Assembly: GCA_903813345.2 (NCBI GenBank)
Contig: CAIIXF020000001.1
Location: 13,330,001 to 13,394,000, forward strand
Origin: Owenia fusiformis
Lineage: Eukaryota
Direction of reading: 5' to 3'
DNA: 64,000 nt
Notes under the pieces: model-generated
Databases searched by the model: none
What the model was told of the DNA's origin: nothing
The model's input: the letters and a program-made list of their open reading frames with translations, nothing else
Position numbers and translations under genes: made by a program
Part shown: piece by piece, positions 13,207 to 26,378 of the stretch
How positions within the stretch are numbered: the stretch's first letter is position 1
Layout of the letters: each line of letters starts with the position of its first letter

Positions 13207-16076
13207 TTAAAAGGGAGCAGATGACAACATCTTGTCCATTCCTGGAGGGATCACCACAGTTTTGGTGAAGAGGGCTCTTCCGCTTATAACTTTGTTAAGC
13301 TGATATTGTTCAATTATGTGCGCAATTGCATCGGGTGCTGGTTCACATACGTACAACTGAATCCTAGGTTTAAAGGGTAACCGTCGAACCATTTCGTTGA
13401 ATAACGAGTTTGCTATCGCATTTAATTTGTGTTTGCCATGAACGGAGCCACTATAAAAACATCGCCAACCCCTCGAACTGTTAAGTATCCACAAACATTA
13501 CCACCGATTTTTGCGATTAAAAAAATATCGCTTTCCCTATTTCCATTTTCTTCAAGAAATCGCCTTCTACTGTATCCTTGATATCCTGTTATGGCCTCAT
13601 CGTATGCAATGACGTCATCCATATGGGTTGAATCGCCAATAATGACGCTTCCATCAAACAATGCTGGTTCCAGAGTGCTTTCACTGTTAACAATACCATT
13701 ATATGCACCAATGGCATACCCTTCGTGTTTATATCCGCACTTGTCTTTATACAGTCCAGCAATGGCGTCCACGGAGTTAACCATAAGATTGCGATCTCCT
13801 AAACATGTTTTAGAAGCAGCTACAAGTTGTCGTGCGATACCACGATTTCGCATGTCATCTCTCACAATTATTCTCGTTCCTATACCAAGTGATGGATTTA
13901 AATCACACCATTGCGCAAAACCTAAAAATGCAACAATGAGATTATATTGACGTAACACCTTAATCTTAAAACAGACGGACGGACGAATGCAAAGACGAGA
14001 ACCCGACAAATGAACACTGGACAGTAGACGTACAACCAAATTGGTAAACAAATGTGTGTACCTATGGGCCTATCACTATTATCAACAGCTACAATCCCTT
14101 TATCTCCATAAACTCGCAGATACATCTAAAAATATAAGTACAACTTTAATAAGCGAGTGATTGTTACGCGGAATATGGCATATATTCATGGTTGCGCGGT
14201 ATTTGTGATAGGAGTGAATACTGCCATACTGACCTGTGGTATATGGCATATTCTGCAGGTGAGTATGGCGTATTTCGCAGTGAATATGCGATACATTGGT
14301 TTCAGTGAAAACATTGATCTAATGGTGAAAACAGTAATCAAACAAACAGAAATGTAAAAACTCTAAATGTAAATCTATATGTAACAATTAATATGTACAA
14401 ATGTAAATAATCTGTTAATGTGAATTGTCTGTAATTATATGTAATGTTTAAATCTTCACTTATGTGGAGGAAATAAAGACACTGAACTGAACTGAACATA
14501 TAGTGGTGAAAACGCGATACAGAAAGCCTCGATTTGATTGGTCAAAAGAATCGATTCTAAATATAAAACTATGCTGGATTACCAATGTTGTTAGCGCTTC
14601 GAGTACTAATATGTAACGCCTGAATTGACCTTTTCCATATAATGGAAAAAAGATGGCATAATTGGTACTGGTAGGGCTATGGTAGGGCTAGAATCAAAGT
14701 TGTTTTCATAGAAAATTACACACAGAATTCAAATATGCCATCAAATAGAAGAAAATGTTAGTTTTTAATGGTTAAAAATGTAGATCTCCAAAAATATCAT
14801 TAAAAACGAGATTTTAACGAGATTTCAAAGCTATATGGAAAAAGGACCATTGATTAAGCACGTTTATTACGTGTAATTGCTAAATGATAATTCTGAAAGT
14901 ATCAGAAATGTGTAAACTGTGATTGCCAATACAATAATACATAAATACTCGTGTTTTTTAGGTTTTCATCTGGTCTATGTCAACTGTTGATTTGGTTATT
15001 AAAATCATCCATCACTCATAAGCTCCACGAATGTTGGTTCGTTTATTTATGCCTTTATAATGTTTCCCTTGAATTAATGTGTATTTGCGTGTTACACATA
15101 CATAAAACAACATCAAACAATAGGTACCACTGGTGTATGTTATTCAATTGTATTAGTTTATATGTTCAGTGCACTGACCTGTTGATTCGGCAATCTTTGT
15201 GATAATTTATAAATCTTTGCCCGTTTGTGCATTAATGCAATTGACAACTGCGTACTTCCGTATTGCGTTCTCATTGATTAGTGAGTATGCCATAAACCGC
15301 AGGGGAATCTGTCATACACCACAAGTGTATATGCCATATTCGTCGCGGGATATAACATATATTTGTATTGTGTTTACCGAGTAACAGTGATCGCCAATGT
15401 ATACTGTGAAGGTCAAGAAGGTCTCAACTCGCTTCAAATTGACCAAAGATCTAAACAATAGAAAGAATGTCTAAATTACTTTTTGTCGACAATCATTATT
15501 ATCAGGCTTTGTTGACAGTTGGAGACCTCTCTTGAGGTCAATTGGCAAAATTGTATACTGATACTGTAAACCTTGAAAGTACTGTTGACCGAGACCGGAT
15601 GTCGAGATCAACAGTACTCTCAGGGTTTACTGTTGAGGAATACACTTTTGCCAGTTGACCGAATAGAGAGGTTAACATTTGTTTTGTTAGTCCGGAGAAT
15701 ATAATAATTGGAAGGATATATTACCGAATATCACGTGAACATATTTGGTATCATATTTTAGCAAAAAATCCCCAAACCGTAGAATATTTGTAATTTTTTT
15801 CAAAAGTTATTTTTTCAATTTTTTTTCAAAATTAAAAAAATTCAATATATATTCAAAACTAGCGGTCAACAGTACCTTAGCGGTCAACAGTACATATTGC
15901 TGACCGCTCATCAACCAATAAGAATTGAGTATTATTATTGAGGTACTAACAATATCAGTTATTACCTCGAGCAGTTCCTTATCTGCGTTCCAATGGTTTT
16001 CTTGCATCCATCTTGCCGGCTCTGCTAGATCCTCAATACGAGCAGGACGAATCTTAACACCGTCTACATTGGCCAT
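13207..16076 (-). pseudogene. GNAT acyltransferase paralog A, copy 2 (frameshifted)
   Basis: Exons 16076-15966, 14125-14062 and 13921-13207. Exon 3 is 715 nt (+5) because of an insertion near 13421-13427 that gives a stop after APFMANTN. Confidence 0.85.
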
Positions 16077-17690
16077 GCTAAAATATCGTTGTACATGTAG
16101 GTTATTCACTTATCTTATGCAGATATAATAGTTGGACTTCGTGTCAATATAGTCTCTAGTCATGTACACGTCTGGGGTTTAATTTAAGTTACTTACAGTA
16201 TACATGTGTACTTGCTTATTTATAAAAAGAATCCATATTCAGACTGTATGTACCAGTTAGATTGTAGTCTACAAACTCTGACCTGGAATAATGTACTGAT
16301 GTATATGCATTATGCATAGTTGCATACGATGAGGCTGCATATGATGTTTTGTTTTGCAACCCTCATAACCTAAAACCTTTCAAAGGCTGACTGATCTGAT
16401 AGAACAATTAGAAAATAGCAACTCCATGCTGTTTGCACCAAATCCCACCGAACAAAACATGTTCTGATAAATAACGGTTGTTTTGAAAATGTCTTCATGA
16501 ACAGAGCTCCGTTGTCCCTAGGTTTCAGGATATAAATTTGAACCAAATATGTCTGGTATTTGCGTTATCAAAGATTATGCTTTTTAAGAAAAATGGCAGC
16601 CATTTTGAATTTCAGCTGCCATCTTGAAAACTTCTCCTTGAGTAGAGCTCCTTTGTCCCTAGGCGTCAGTATATAAATTTAGAATCAAATCCATCCGTTA
16701 GTATTTGAGTTAGAATTCAAATTGCGGCCATTTTGAATTGAGTAGCCATATTGAACATTCCTTCTCGAGCAGAGCTTATAAAATTGTAATCAAATCCGTC
16801 AACCGGTATTTGAGTCATCGCCCGGACACACGAATGGACGAACGGGCGGACGTGTTGGACGGATTGCTTTTCAATCCCCCTCGAACTTCGTTCGGTGGGA
16901 TAATCAAGTCCTTGCATGAAAGAGGTAAACCTAAATTGCTCCTTATTTCTCAATCTCATTTGGCGTTATCTCGCAGAAGAAATATATACTTCCGTTAGAA
17001 TATGTAACCCATAAAGTTCGTTTTATACTCCAAATAGAAATCATCTCAACGACTTGCAATACACTTAAAGTTTCTTAGGGTAGTTATGTTCAGAAATGTT
17101 CGTGGATACCTGGGGATCTGATGGGCTATTACAAATCATGTGAATAGACACGACAGATGCCATGGATAATGCATATCAATAATAACTCACAGAGCATACA
17201 AGACCTTGTGGGTATGTGTGTACGTGTAGCTAAACTAAACTGGAAATGAAAAATGACAAGAGGAGAAAAAAAAACTAATTTAATGTTAAATCTTGAAATC
17301 GAACGTGTCGAATAAACATGATAAATGTGTCATAAAGCATAGGAGCAAAACTCAATTCGTCGCAAATCCCTTTTGGGAATCTTAATTATGAAACGAAAAA
17401 TAATTTGTTTAATTGTATCGTTGTAAGGAACCGAATCCAGTGGTATTGAAGAATGATATCAGAGTAGTATATCTTGCAATATATTCATCATGTTTTTATT
17501 TCACCTTTGACTTTCAAAGTTCATTGCTGATTTGCTACGCATACGTGTTTTTGTAAATTTTATACAAGCAGTATTTTAAACAATGATTTGACGAAACAGG
17601 GCTTGCAAAAACACTTTAAGTCGAACGATCCAACATCTATACGAGTTTTCAGTCTCATTGATCATGGGTGTACCACTAGTTCCTTAACAT

Positions 17691-19172
17691 CTAAAAGCCG
17701 GGGGCAAACGAATAGATTTTCTCCATGGGGAAGTTTACACTGTTTTTACTGAATAGCGCCAACGCACTGTCCATCTTCTTCAATTTATATTTCTCAGTGA
17801 TATACTCGATGGACTCGGTAACAGTAAACGTGTTGAGCTCAATGGTAGAACCTTCGGGAATCTCCGATGATAGGAATTGAATCAGCCTATTAGCAATTTT
17901 TGCAGTATCAGCATAAAATGGTGCAACTCTGTAAACGTTCTTGATAAGATGTGCTATAAGGAACCCAACGATAATACCATCTTTAGTCGCAGATATGAGA
18001 TAATTTTCAGAGCCAACAGCAAACTCAGTTAGGAAAGCTTTACGATCTTGGAGTCCGGTGATTTCCTCATCATACGCTACTATATCATCAATTGATGCAG
18101 CAACACCACGACGGACAACTTCCACCGTTGAATCCACATCTAACGCCACATCTCTGTGTAACGAACCAAGAAATATTTCTGCATTGTAACCTTCGTGGAC
18201 AAATCCATACTTCTTGTAAAAATCAACAGTATGGATTTCGGCGTGTAGCCATGCATTACGATCCCCAATGCAGGACTTGTAGGCACATACTAGTTTCTTC
18301 CCAATGCCCTTACCACGGTGTTCTTTCTTCACAATGATTTTTCCTCCAAGTCCAATATCGGGACCTAAGATATTCCATGTAGCAAATCCTATAAGATTGA
18401 AAACTTAGGTATAACTAGACATTTGAATTAGCTATTGCTACTAGTAATTTGTTCAGGCCCATTTATGAGATTATTTGGGGTCAATAAAATGTAAAATCTG
18501 AAAAATATATGAGCATATGGTAGATAATAGATGTTAATGAAAAAATATATTGAATTTCAACTTTTGAAGGTCACAAAGGGTAAAAAGGTCAACTCTCAAA
18601 ATGGAGATCGGGTCAATCCTGGGGAATTCGTTTTATAGGTTTTTAGGTCAATATTTGTTAAAACAAGTTGAAATTTGATGAACTCACCAACGGGGCTGCC
18701 TGTATTATCTTCGGCAACAATGACCCCATCTCCATAGACTCTCTTGAACAACTAAAAATGATAATAAGATTTGAATTTTCGTTGAAAATTAACAGACTTT
18801 GACAAATAATCTAATAGGGACATCGCCAACCATTTTTGGAATAAGTAAGGTCACGTTACACTGAACCATGTATTTCCAATCTGAAATTATTTAACGTTAG
18901 GATTCGATGATAATTTTATCAATTTACTGCCTATTCATAGCCTAGATGACAATTCATTACCGTTACCTTGTTGAAGGTGAATCTGAATGGAATAGTAATG
19001 ACCTAATTACACAAAGCTCTGAGAACAATAGAACAGTCTACATAAGAGACTGAGTATTGTGCAAAATATTTACCTTGAGATCTTCAACATCATCTACCCA
19101 TCCATTCTCTTGATGCCAAGCAACAACCTCTTCAAAGTCCTCTTCCCGAGCTGGACGGATGGTTACATCCAT
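17691..19172 (-). CDS. GNAT acyltransferase paralog B, copy 2 (~286 aa)
   Basis: Exons 19172-19074, 18751-18688 and 18388-17691. Open frame; ends FAPGF because of a 3-bp insertion. Confidence 0.88.
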
Positions 19173-19513
19173 TCTTTATTTTTAGGTGATCGGTCTTATC
19201 GGTTTATTCTATTCCTGAATAAATCAGTAGTGGAGGAACTCATACAACGTGTTGCGTAATCGACCTTCTGTCTAAATGTAGTGTCAAGTGTTGATTAGAG
19301 AAAATGGGCCGAGCCATAAGTTTTAAAGGACCATATTACATTTTAAGAAAAATGTTTTCGTGTGGAATTTCGTTCTGGAAATCAGAAACTCGTTTAAAAT
19401 TGTTATAGTTCAAAATCTACACGAGAGAGTGAAGCGAACGAGTACATGTCAATATCACCGTGTATATTAAAATTGTATTCTGAAAATATCATAGGATGTT
19501 ATTTTGTACTTAA

Positions 19514-21242
19514 GGTATGAGTACCGTAATCCAACACCAAATTCGAAAATTCATAACAATACTTTGCACATATGGCGTTCGTGACCAACTATAAAACGCT
19601 TACCCCCCATAGTGTTATATATCAAAATGTACCTGTTCATATAGGGGTTCGATTGATCTACATCAAATTATAGGGAGTCAGGTTACTTTTTGAGATATCA
19701 GCGTCCATTTATTGTAACTCGTGTTTGCCACCACTTCCTCAATTCTTATATGACGGGCAAACGCGTAGTAAACATGCTCACGTCGGAACTATTTTTGACC
19801 TACATCGCTATTTTCGTAATTCAAATGAAAGTTAAACTCCTCCTCTTTATTTTGATACCAAATAGTGGCATACTAGGTACCCTAGAAGCCAACTATGGCG
19901 TTATTTAGAACAATACCACAGGTTTTTAAATGGACTATATAGGGGTCATACCTTTTGGCGGATGGATATGGAACCTCATACCTTAATGTTTTATGGCATC
20001 ACACTGATTTTTGTCTCTGCAACTTTTTTTGGTAGAAAATATCATTTTTAGTTCAAAAATGCATAAAAACGTCGGAACTGGCTGAATATGTGAAAAATTT
20101 ATCCATTTAGGCTAGAAAGTGTTAATTTGCCCTACCCCAAATACGTCTAAATATGCTAGTCTAACTTTGCCACTGTGACGTCACAAATCTAACCTGACTA
20201 TCTCTGAGTTTATTGAAGGAAATGATACGTCTGACAAACAGCTTTCATTCCCTATATGGCACACCTTCTACTAAGAGTTGCATCATTGACTAAATCTGAG
20301 ACAAAGGCCCTGTGTCCCGAGGATTTTGACTGAAATCTGGCCATTTTCGCCCAAATCTAAATAAATTGCAGTTTCCCTCACACCTGTATTTTGAAATAAA
20401 TATTGCTACAATGTAGCAATTTAAAGATCACACATGCTTACTGTTTCTGTCGACCTGACACGTGTATCTAGCCTGTAAAAATGAAAAATCGCTACATTGT
20501 AGCAATTTCACTGAGATATGGGCCCTGAAAATCATGTAATTTTAGCAAAAAATGAAGAAATAACCTGCAATTTTGACGGAATTTCAGAGGGCTTTCTTTC
20601 ATGCATGACCCTTCACGGGCCTCTTATGACCATTCTTATCCTCACAGAAGGGTTGAAAGTGATTTCAAATCATTGTTTGCCCTACGCAGAACGAAAAAAT
20701 CGATTCTGTTCTCAAATTATGCTAGAATATTGGTCTCTGGCCAACTAGCAGACAATTTTAGGCCTCATATTAAGGTATGAGTACCGTAATCCAACACCAA
20801 ATTCGAAAATTCATAACAATACTTTGCACATATGGCGTTCGTGACCAACTATAAAACGCTTACCCCCCATAGTGTTATATATCAAAATGTACCTGTTCAT
20901 ATAGGGGTTCGATTGATCTACATCAAATTATAGGGAGTCAGGTTACTTTTTGAGATATCAGCGTCCATTTATTGTAACTCGCGTTTGCCACCACTTCCTC
21001 AATTCTTATATGACGGGCAAACGCGTAGTAAACATGCTCACGTCGGAACTATTTTTGACCTACATCGCTATTTTCGTAATTCAAATGAAAGTTAAATTCC
21101 TCCTCTTTATTTTGATACCAAATAGTGGCATACTAGGTACCCTAGAAGCCAACTATGGCGTTATTTAGAACAATACCACAGGTTTTTAAATGGACTATAT
21201 AGGGGTCATACCTTTTGGCGGATGGATATGGAACCTCATACC
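19514..21242. mobile_element. Non-autonomous element with 469-bp long terminal direct repeats (Kolobok/KolobokP-like)
   Basis: Repeats at 19514-19982 and 20774-21242, each with an 8-bp TIR GGTATGAG/CTCATACC and TTAA on both sides. Non-coding 791-bp middle; no TG...CA ends, PBS or PPT. Confidence 0.75.
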
Positions 21243-21257
21243 TTAATGTATAGATAT

Positions 21258-22298
21258 GGAATTATTACGCCAAAAGTAGTGCGAAATGGCCTTTTCACGT
21301 GTTGGCATAAAGTTTTGATGACATTTAAAGACATAGTTCCTCTTTCACGTATATCATCTCATGGAAATGGGCATACCAGCGCAAAGATCTTTGTTCCGTG
21401 GTGAAGAAAAGCCATCAAACATTGTCTGAAGAGCAGATTTATCTCCGTAATTCTACTTTTAACATGGCGACCTTGACCTTGAAAAAATATAGCCATTTGG
21501 GCGATAATAGGTGATTCAAAAGTGAAAATGAGTGCTTTTTTCGTAGTTTTACTTTGACCAAGCCTAGAAAAAAAATCGAAGTGGTAAACCTACCCCCAAT
21601 TTTTAATATTTTCGTTGTCTAGAAGTGTCCTAGATGATATCAAAGTTTAAGAAAATTTGTATGTCTAGAAATATTTTATAAATTAGTGCCAATATGGTGG
21701 GTTTGGGTGTTTTTTTGCTCTCATTTTTTACCCCATTTCTACGGTTGCCATGGCAACTATAAGGCTTTGGTAACCATGCCAACTTGATTTTTGAAGGACA
21801 TCCACCTGATAGTAGTTGGGCCAAGTTTGATGGAAAATGGGCATGGTTTGATATGCTGGCAGTGAGGTTGATTGTGGCATGTAGTAAAACGGCAAAACAA
21901 TGGTGGAGTCATACCATTATTTTGCCGCATTTTGATGCTTAATTTTCAATTTATAATCGTTTGGTACCATCGTGACGTCACAATAAAGCGTCTGGCCTCA
22001 TGATATGGGTACCAAATTGAAGAGGACGTGACAAGCTTTAAGATGGTACCAAACATGTGGCCATTCATTTGATTAAAATGCTAACTTGAATAAGCCCAAA
22101 AGGTGTGTCACTCCCCTACCCCATCCATTTTCAGGCCAGTGAAAAACACCAAAATCTCAAATAATCCAGGCATCTTCAGGGGTCGTTTTTTGGCCCCGTT
22201 TTATTCAAAATATCATGTTTATGGATACCATTTTTATCAGAAATGTCTCAATTACCTAAAAACAGTTACACTAGTGCTGAATAAGAAAACATGTCTCC
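21258..22298. mobile_element. 1041-bp non-coding insertion with GGA...TCC ends and an ATAT duplication
   Basis: The empty site at ~11828 reads AGATATATCC; the filled site reads AG-ATAT-GGAATT...GTCTCC-ATAT-ATCC. Confidence 0.8.
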
Positions 22299-23209
22299 AT
22301 ATATCCTATGATCACATGATTAGGAGTGTCTAAGAATTTTGATTGGGATCAATTGTGATGATGTCTATTCCGTATCAAATGACACGTGACTAATTTTCAT
22401 GTGATACGGTGGGCTGTATCACTACGGAGTCAATAGCAACGATGTGACGTCACTGATTATACCACTTAAGGAAAACAATATGACGTCATACTATTTCACA
22501 GACACGTACAAATACAACGGTATGACGTCATATTGTTTCAAAGCGAAATCAAAAATTATAATAGTTACCAGGAGTACAGGGTACTGAACACAATCATCTG
22601 ACCAAATCAAAATGCTTCAAAATCCCTAGACATGTGATAAAATCGTCATCACACGTTTCAGCTTATGTGATACAGGAAATATTCCACTCGGGTAAGAATG
22701 TATCACCACTCAAGCTTCGCTTTCGTGGATGATACAATATAACCTTTCGTGGAATATTAAATCGGCTCTCTGAGTACTTATCCTTAGAAGGTGACGAAGC
22801 ATCGGGCACAGCTTGCTCATTGTTAGCAACGGATTCAAATTCCGTTTCCCCTAAAAATTCTGTCGTTGACGATGACGATGGAAAATTGTCCAGCTCTCCA
22901 GACCTCTTTAGTTTTCTCAAGAAAAACATTTTAGTTATTAAAAAATCGCAATCCCAGCGACCTTATTCAGTATAACACAGACATTGGTCTCCTTAGCAGT
23001 GATTGATTTTAGTGTTTATAGTTCGCTCTTGCATTTAACCAGTTAAGTGAACACCAATGCAAGAACAAATGAATTCCAAATGTGCTCATGCTCCGGCGTA
23101 TATTACTTTAATCGAGGTCACCTCAATCCTCCAACGCATACGACTTATGGTACTACTAACATCTCTGATACCACACATCAATGCTTGATTCAACAATGTA
23201 TTGTTTTAA

Positions 23210-25902
23210 CCAGAACAACGGCAACGCCAAAGCGTAGCGAATCCCATCGAACAGCCATGGAGGGCATTTTTACAAACAAAGGATATAGCAAAATGGCAGC
23301 CATTTTTCAAAATGGCCGCCTTCTACCAAAAGTGTCATTAGACCATGTGCCATGCTTATGGTATTCACATACCAAATATGAACAAAATCGCTCCACTACT
23401 TTTCAAGTTATAGTAAAAAACGTTAAAATGGCGGCCATTTTTCAAAATGGCCACCTTCTACCAAAAGTGCCATTAGGATATAGTCCTGAGTAAGGACACT
23501 AGCGGTTACCGTTAGTGATTTGGTTTTCTGTATAAAAAGTCATTTTTCTCCTTTCCTACCCCATTGGAGCGCCATTTGGCGTTTGGGAAGTGAATTGGGA
23601 CTAAATATTTATAAGGTAGGTCCTGATTTATCTGAAAACATGCCAAAGTTCAGTGGGAAATCTCATTTTAAGCTGGCGGCGGAGTGATTTTGACCTTGGT
23701 GATTTTACCAGAATTCTCTGAGAAATCTGACGATAGAGGGGGTTAGTGTCTTCAAGTTTATTTATCTCAAAAATTCGGTGGACATCCCATGGTAAGATTG
23801 TTATAGCAGTCTAGGCGAGTCTCTCCCGAACACTGTGGTATGTTGCACTAGGCTTGGATACTAATCGTTAATAAGATACAGGGTAAAATGTTATAATGGC
23901 CACCTATGGGAAACTCTACTGTGGTCTTCAACCTATTAGAAGGCGCATTTTTGGGGTATTTTGTAGGTTTTGTCCCCTTTTGAGGTTTTTAAGTTCATTA
24001 AGAAGCCTAATAGCGCATATCATATTAAAGGAATGTATCTTAGCTGAACAATGGTACCAAAATCGTGACATTTTGAAGCAACTTTAGTGTTTTGGGGGCG
24101 AGGCCATTGTGCCAAGTACCCCGAATTCCATTCTCCCGTGCCATTCAATTGTCTTCTGGGCAGTTTTGAATGAACCTTTGTTTCTCCCTAACGTTATGAC
24201 GTCATAATATGCAATTGAACGCCTTGACATGGATATCACTCGAAAGATAGTAGAAATCGCTTTCCAATGATACCCCATATGGCCATGTTCCCCTCAGTTG
24301 GGTGTACTCAATCTGTGATGCAAACTGTAAGGTGCACCCCTACCCCAAGGAAATCTCAAAATCAAATTTCCTGAATTTTGCTAAAAGGACCTGTGTCTAT
24401 AAGGATTGAATCTTCCCCCGTGCATTTTCTCAAATATAGCATTGATATATACCATTGTGATCGGGATAATGCCTACAATGCTAATATAACCATGTTGAAA
24501 GAAAACAAACTAATTCAGTTTACTATTAGGATATAGTCCTGAGTAAGGACACTAGCGGTTACCGTTAGTGATTTGGTTTTCTGTATAAAAAGTCATTTTT
24601 CTCCTTTCCTACCCCATTGGAGCGCCATTTGGCGTTTGGGAAGTGAATTGGGACTAAATATTTATAAGGTAGGTCCTGATTTATCTGAAAACATGCCAAA
24701 GTTCAGTGGGAAATCTCATTTTAAGCTGGCGGCGGAGTGATTTTGACCTTGGTGATTTTACCAGAATTCTCTGAGAAATCTGACGATAGAGGGGGTTAGT
24801 GTCTTCAAGTTTATTTATCTCAAAAATTCGGTGGACATCCCATGGTAAGATTGTTATAGCAGTCTAGGCGAGTCTCTCCCGAACACTGTGGTATGTTGCA
24901 CTAGGCTTGGATACTAATCGTTAATAAGATACAGGGTAAAATGTTATAATGGCCACCTATGGGAAACTCTACTGTGGTCTTCAACCATTAGACAGTGTGC
25001 CGTGCTTATAGTATTCACATACCAAATATAAACAAAATCGCTCCTCTACTTTTCGAGTAATAGTAAAATACGTTAAAATGGCGGCCATTTTGAAAAATGA
25101 CCGCCTTCTACCAAAAGTGTCATTAGACAGTGTGCGATGCTTACAGTATTCACATACCAAATATGAACAAAATCGCTTCACTACTTTTCGAGTTATAATA
25201 AAATACGTTAAAATGGTGCCAATTTTTAAAATCTTTTTCAAAATGGCCGCCTTCTACAAAAAGTGTCATAGGACAGTGTGTCATGCTTATAGTATTCACA
25301 TACCAAATATGAACAAAATCGCTCCACTACTTTTCGAGTTATAATAAAATACGTTAAAATGGTGGCCATTTTGAAAAATGGCGTCCATTTTTCAAAATGG
25401 CCGCCTTCTACTTAAAGTGTCTTAAGACAGTGTGCAATGTTTATAGTATTCACATACCAAATATGAACAAAATCGCTCCACTACTTCTCGAGTTACAGCA
25501 AAAATCGTAAAATAATGAATAAAGACCGCCATTTTTCAAGATGGCTGCCATGTGCTTCTTTAATATCTAAATTTCTAGCTTTATTAATGTCCTATATAGT
25601 TTTTTTACATCTAAAACATATTGCTATTACAGTTTTACATATTGCACCTAAATTACTGTAAATTCGGCACTAAAATGGCCGCCATTTTGAAATGAGTGGC
25701 CATTTTGAAAATCGGCTTTCGAGCAGAACTTCTACCCCCATAGGGTATATGTGTACAAAATATGAACAAAATCGGGCCAACGGTATTTGAGTTATTGCCC
25801 GGACGGACGGACGTACGTACGGACGGACGGACGGATGGACGTACGTACGTACGGACGGACGGAGGCGTTCCCTATATCCCTCCGAACTTCGTTCGATGGG
25901 AT
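23210..25902 (-). mobile_element. Helentron/HINE-like element with ~120-140 bp core tandem repeats, unit-3-specific
   Basis: Inserted in an A-run (empty site TTTTAAAAAACATT at ~12735) with no clear TSD. (GGAC/GTAC)n at 25801-25862, terminal hairpin at 25882-25897, and core repeats AAAATGGCCGCCTTCTACCAAAAGTG. Confidence 0.75.
23476..24986. mobile_element. Non-coding element with 458-bp long terminal direct repeats and an ATTA target duplication
   Basis: Repeats at 23476-23933 and 24529-24986 (GGATATAG...CTTCAACC) look identical by eye, with a 595-bp middle. It splits the host core repeat CATTAGACAG. Confidence 0.8.
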
Positions 25903-26378
25903 AAAAAACATTTGTTCGAAGTGGAATTCATGAAAGCTGTTACTAAGGGGATAACTGAGGTACATTTATCATACATTATTTAATGATAGCGCATTAACAA
26001 GATCATGTTCAATGATGATGGGTCCATTGACAATCAAATAACAAAACATGCGATTACTAGACGTGCCAATCATACAGTCATATAGGCCAATGAATTGTGA
26101 TGCATAATGCATCATGTAATTCACGATCATCTTTCGTTGATCACCGATGCTCCTGGGATTTTAGACAAACTGTTCTGTAGGATTCTGGTTTTCATAGGAT
26201 AGACTGGTTTGATGATCTTGATCATACTGCTGACCATAAAACATGTTATATTAAATGTTGAGTGAAGAAACTAAGAAAAATGTGGCAAAAGAAGAAAAAC
26301 ACTGAAACAAACTGTAACAGGTACCCTTCTTGGCTTCATTATGATTTTTATTTAGTACCATAACACTAACTGATTTGA

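Larger units (their letters stand above)
12289..19513. repeat. Tandem segmental duplication unit 2
   Basis: Near-identical to unit 1 in the same orientation. Ends at the TTAA preceding the 469-bp repeat. Confidence 0.95.

Noticed and set aside
19514-24986. The 469-bp and 458-bp direct repeats as LTRs of TRIM retroelements
   Set aside because: Their ends are GG...CC rather than TG...CA, and I see no PBS or polypurine tract at the inner junctions.
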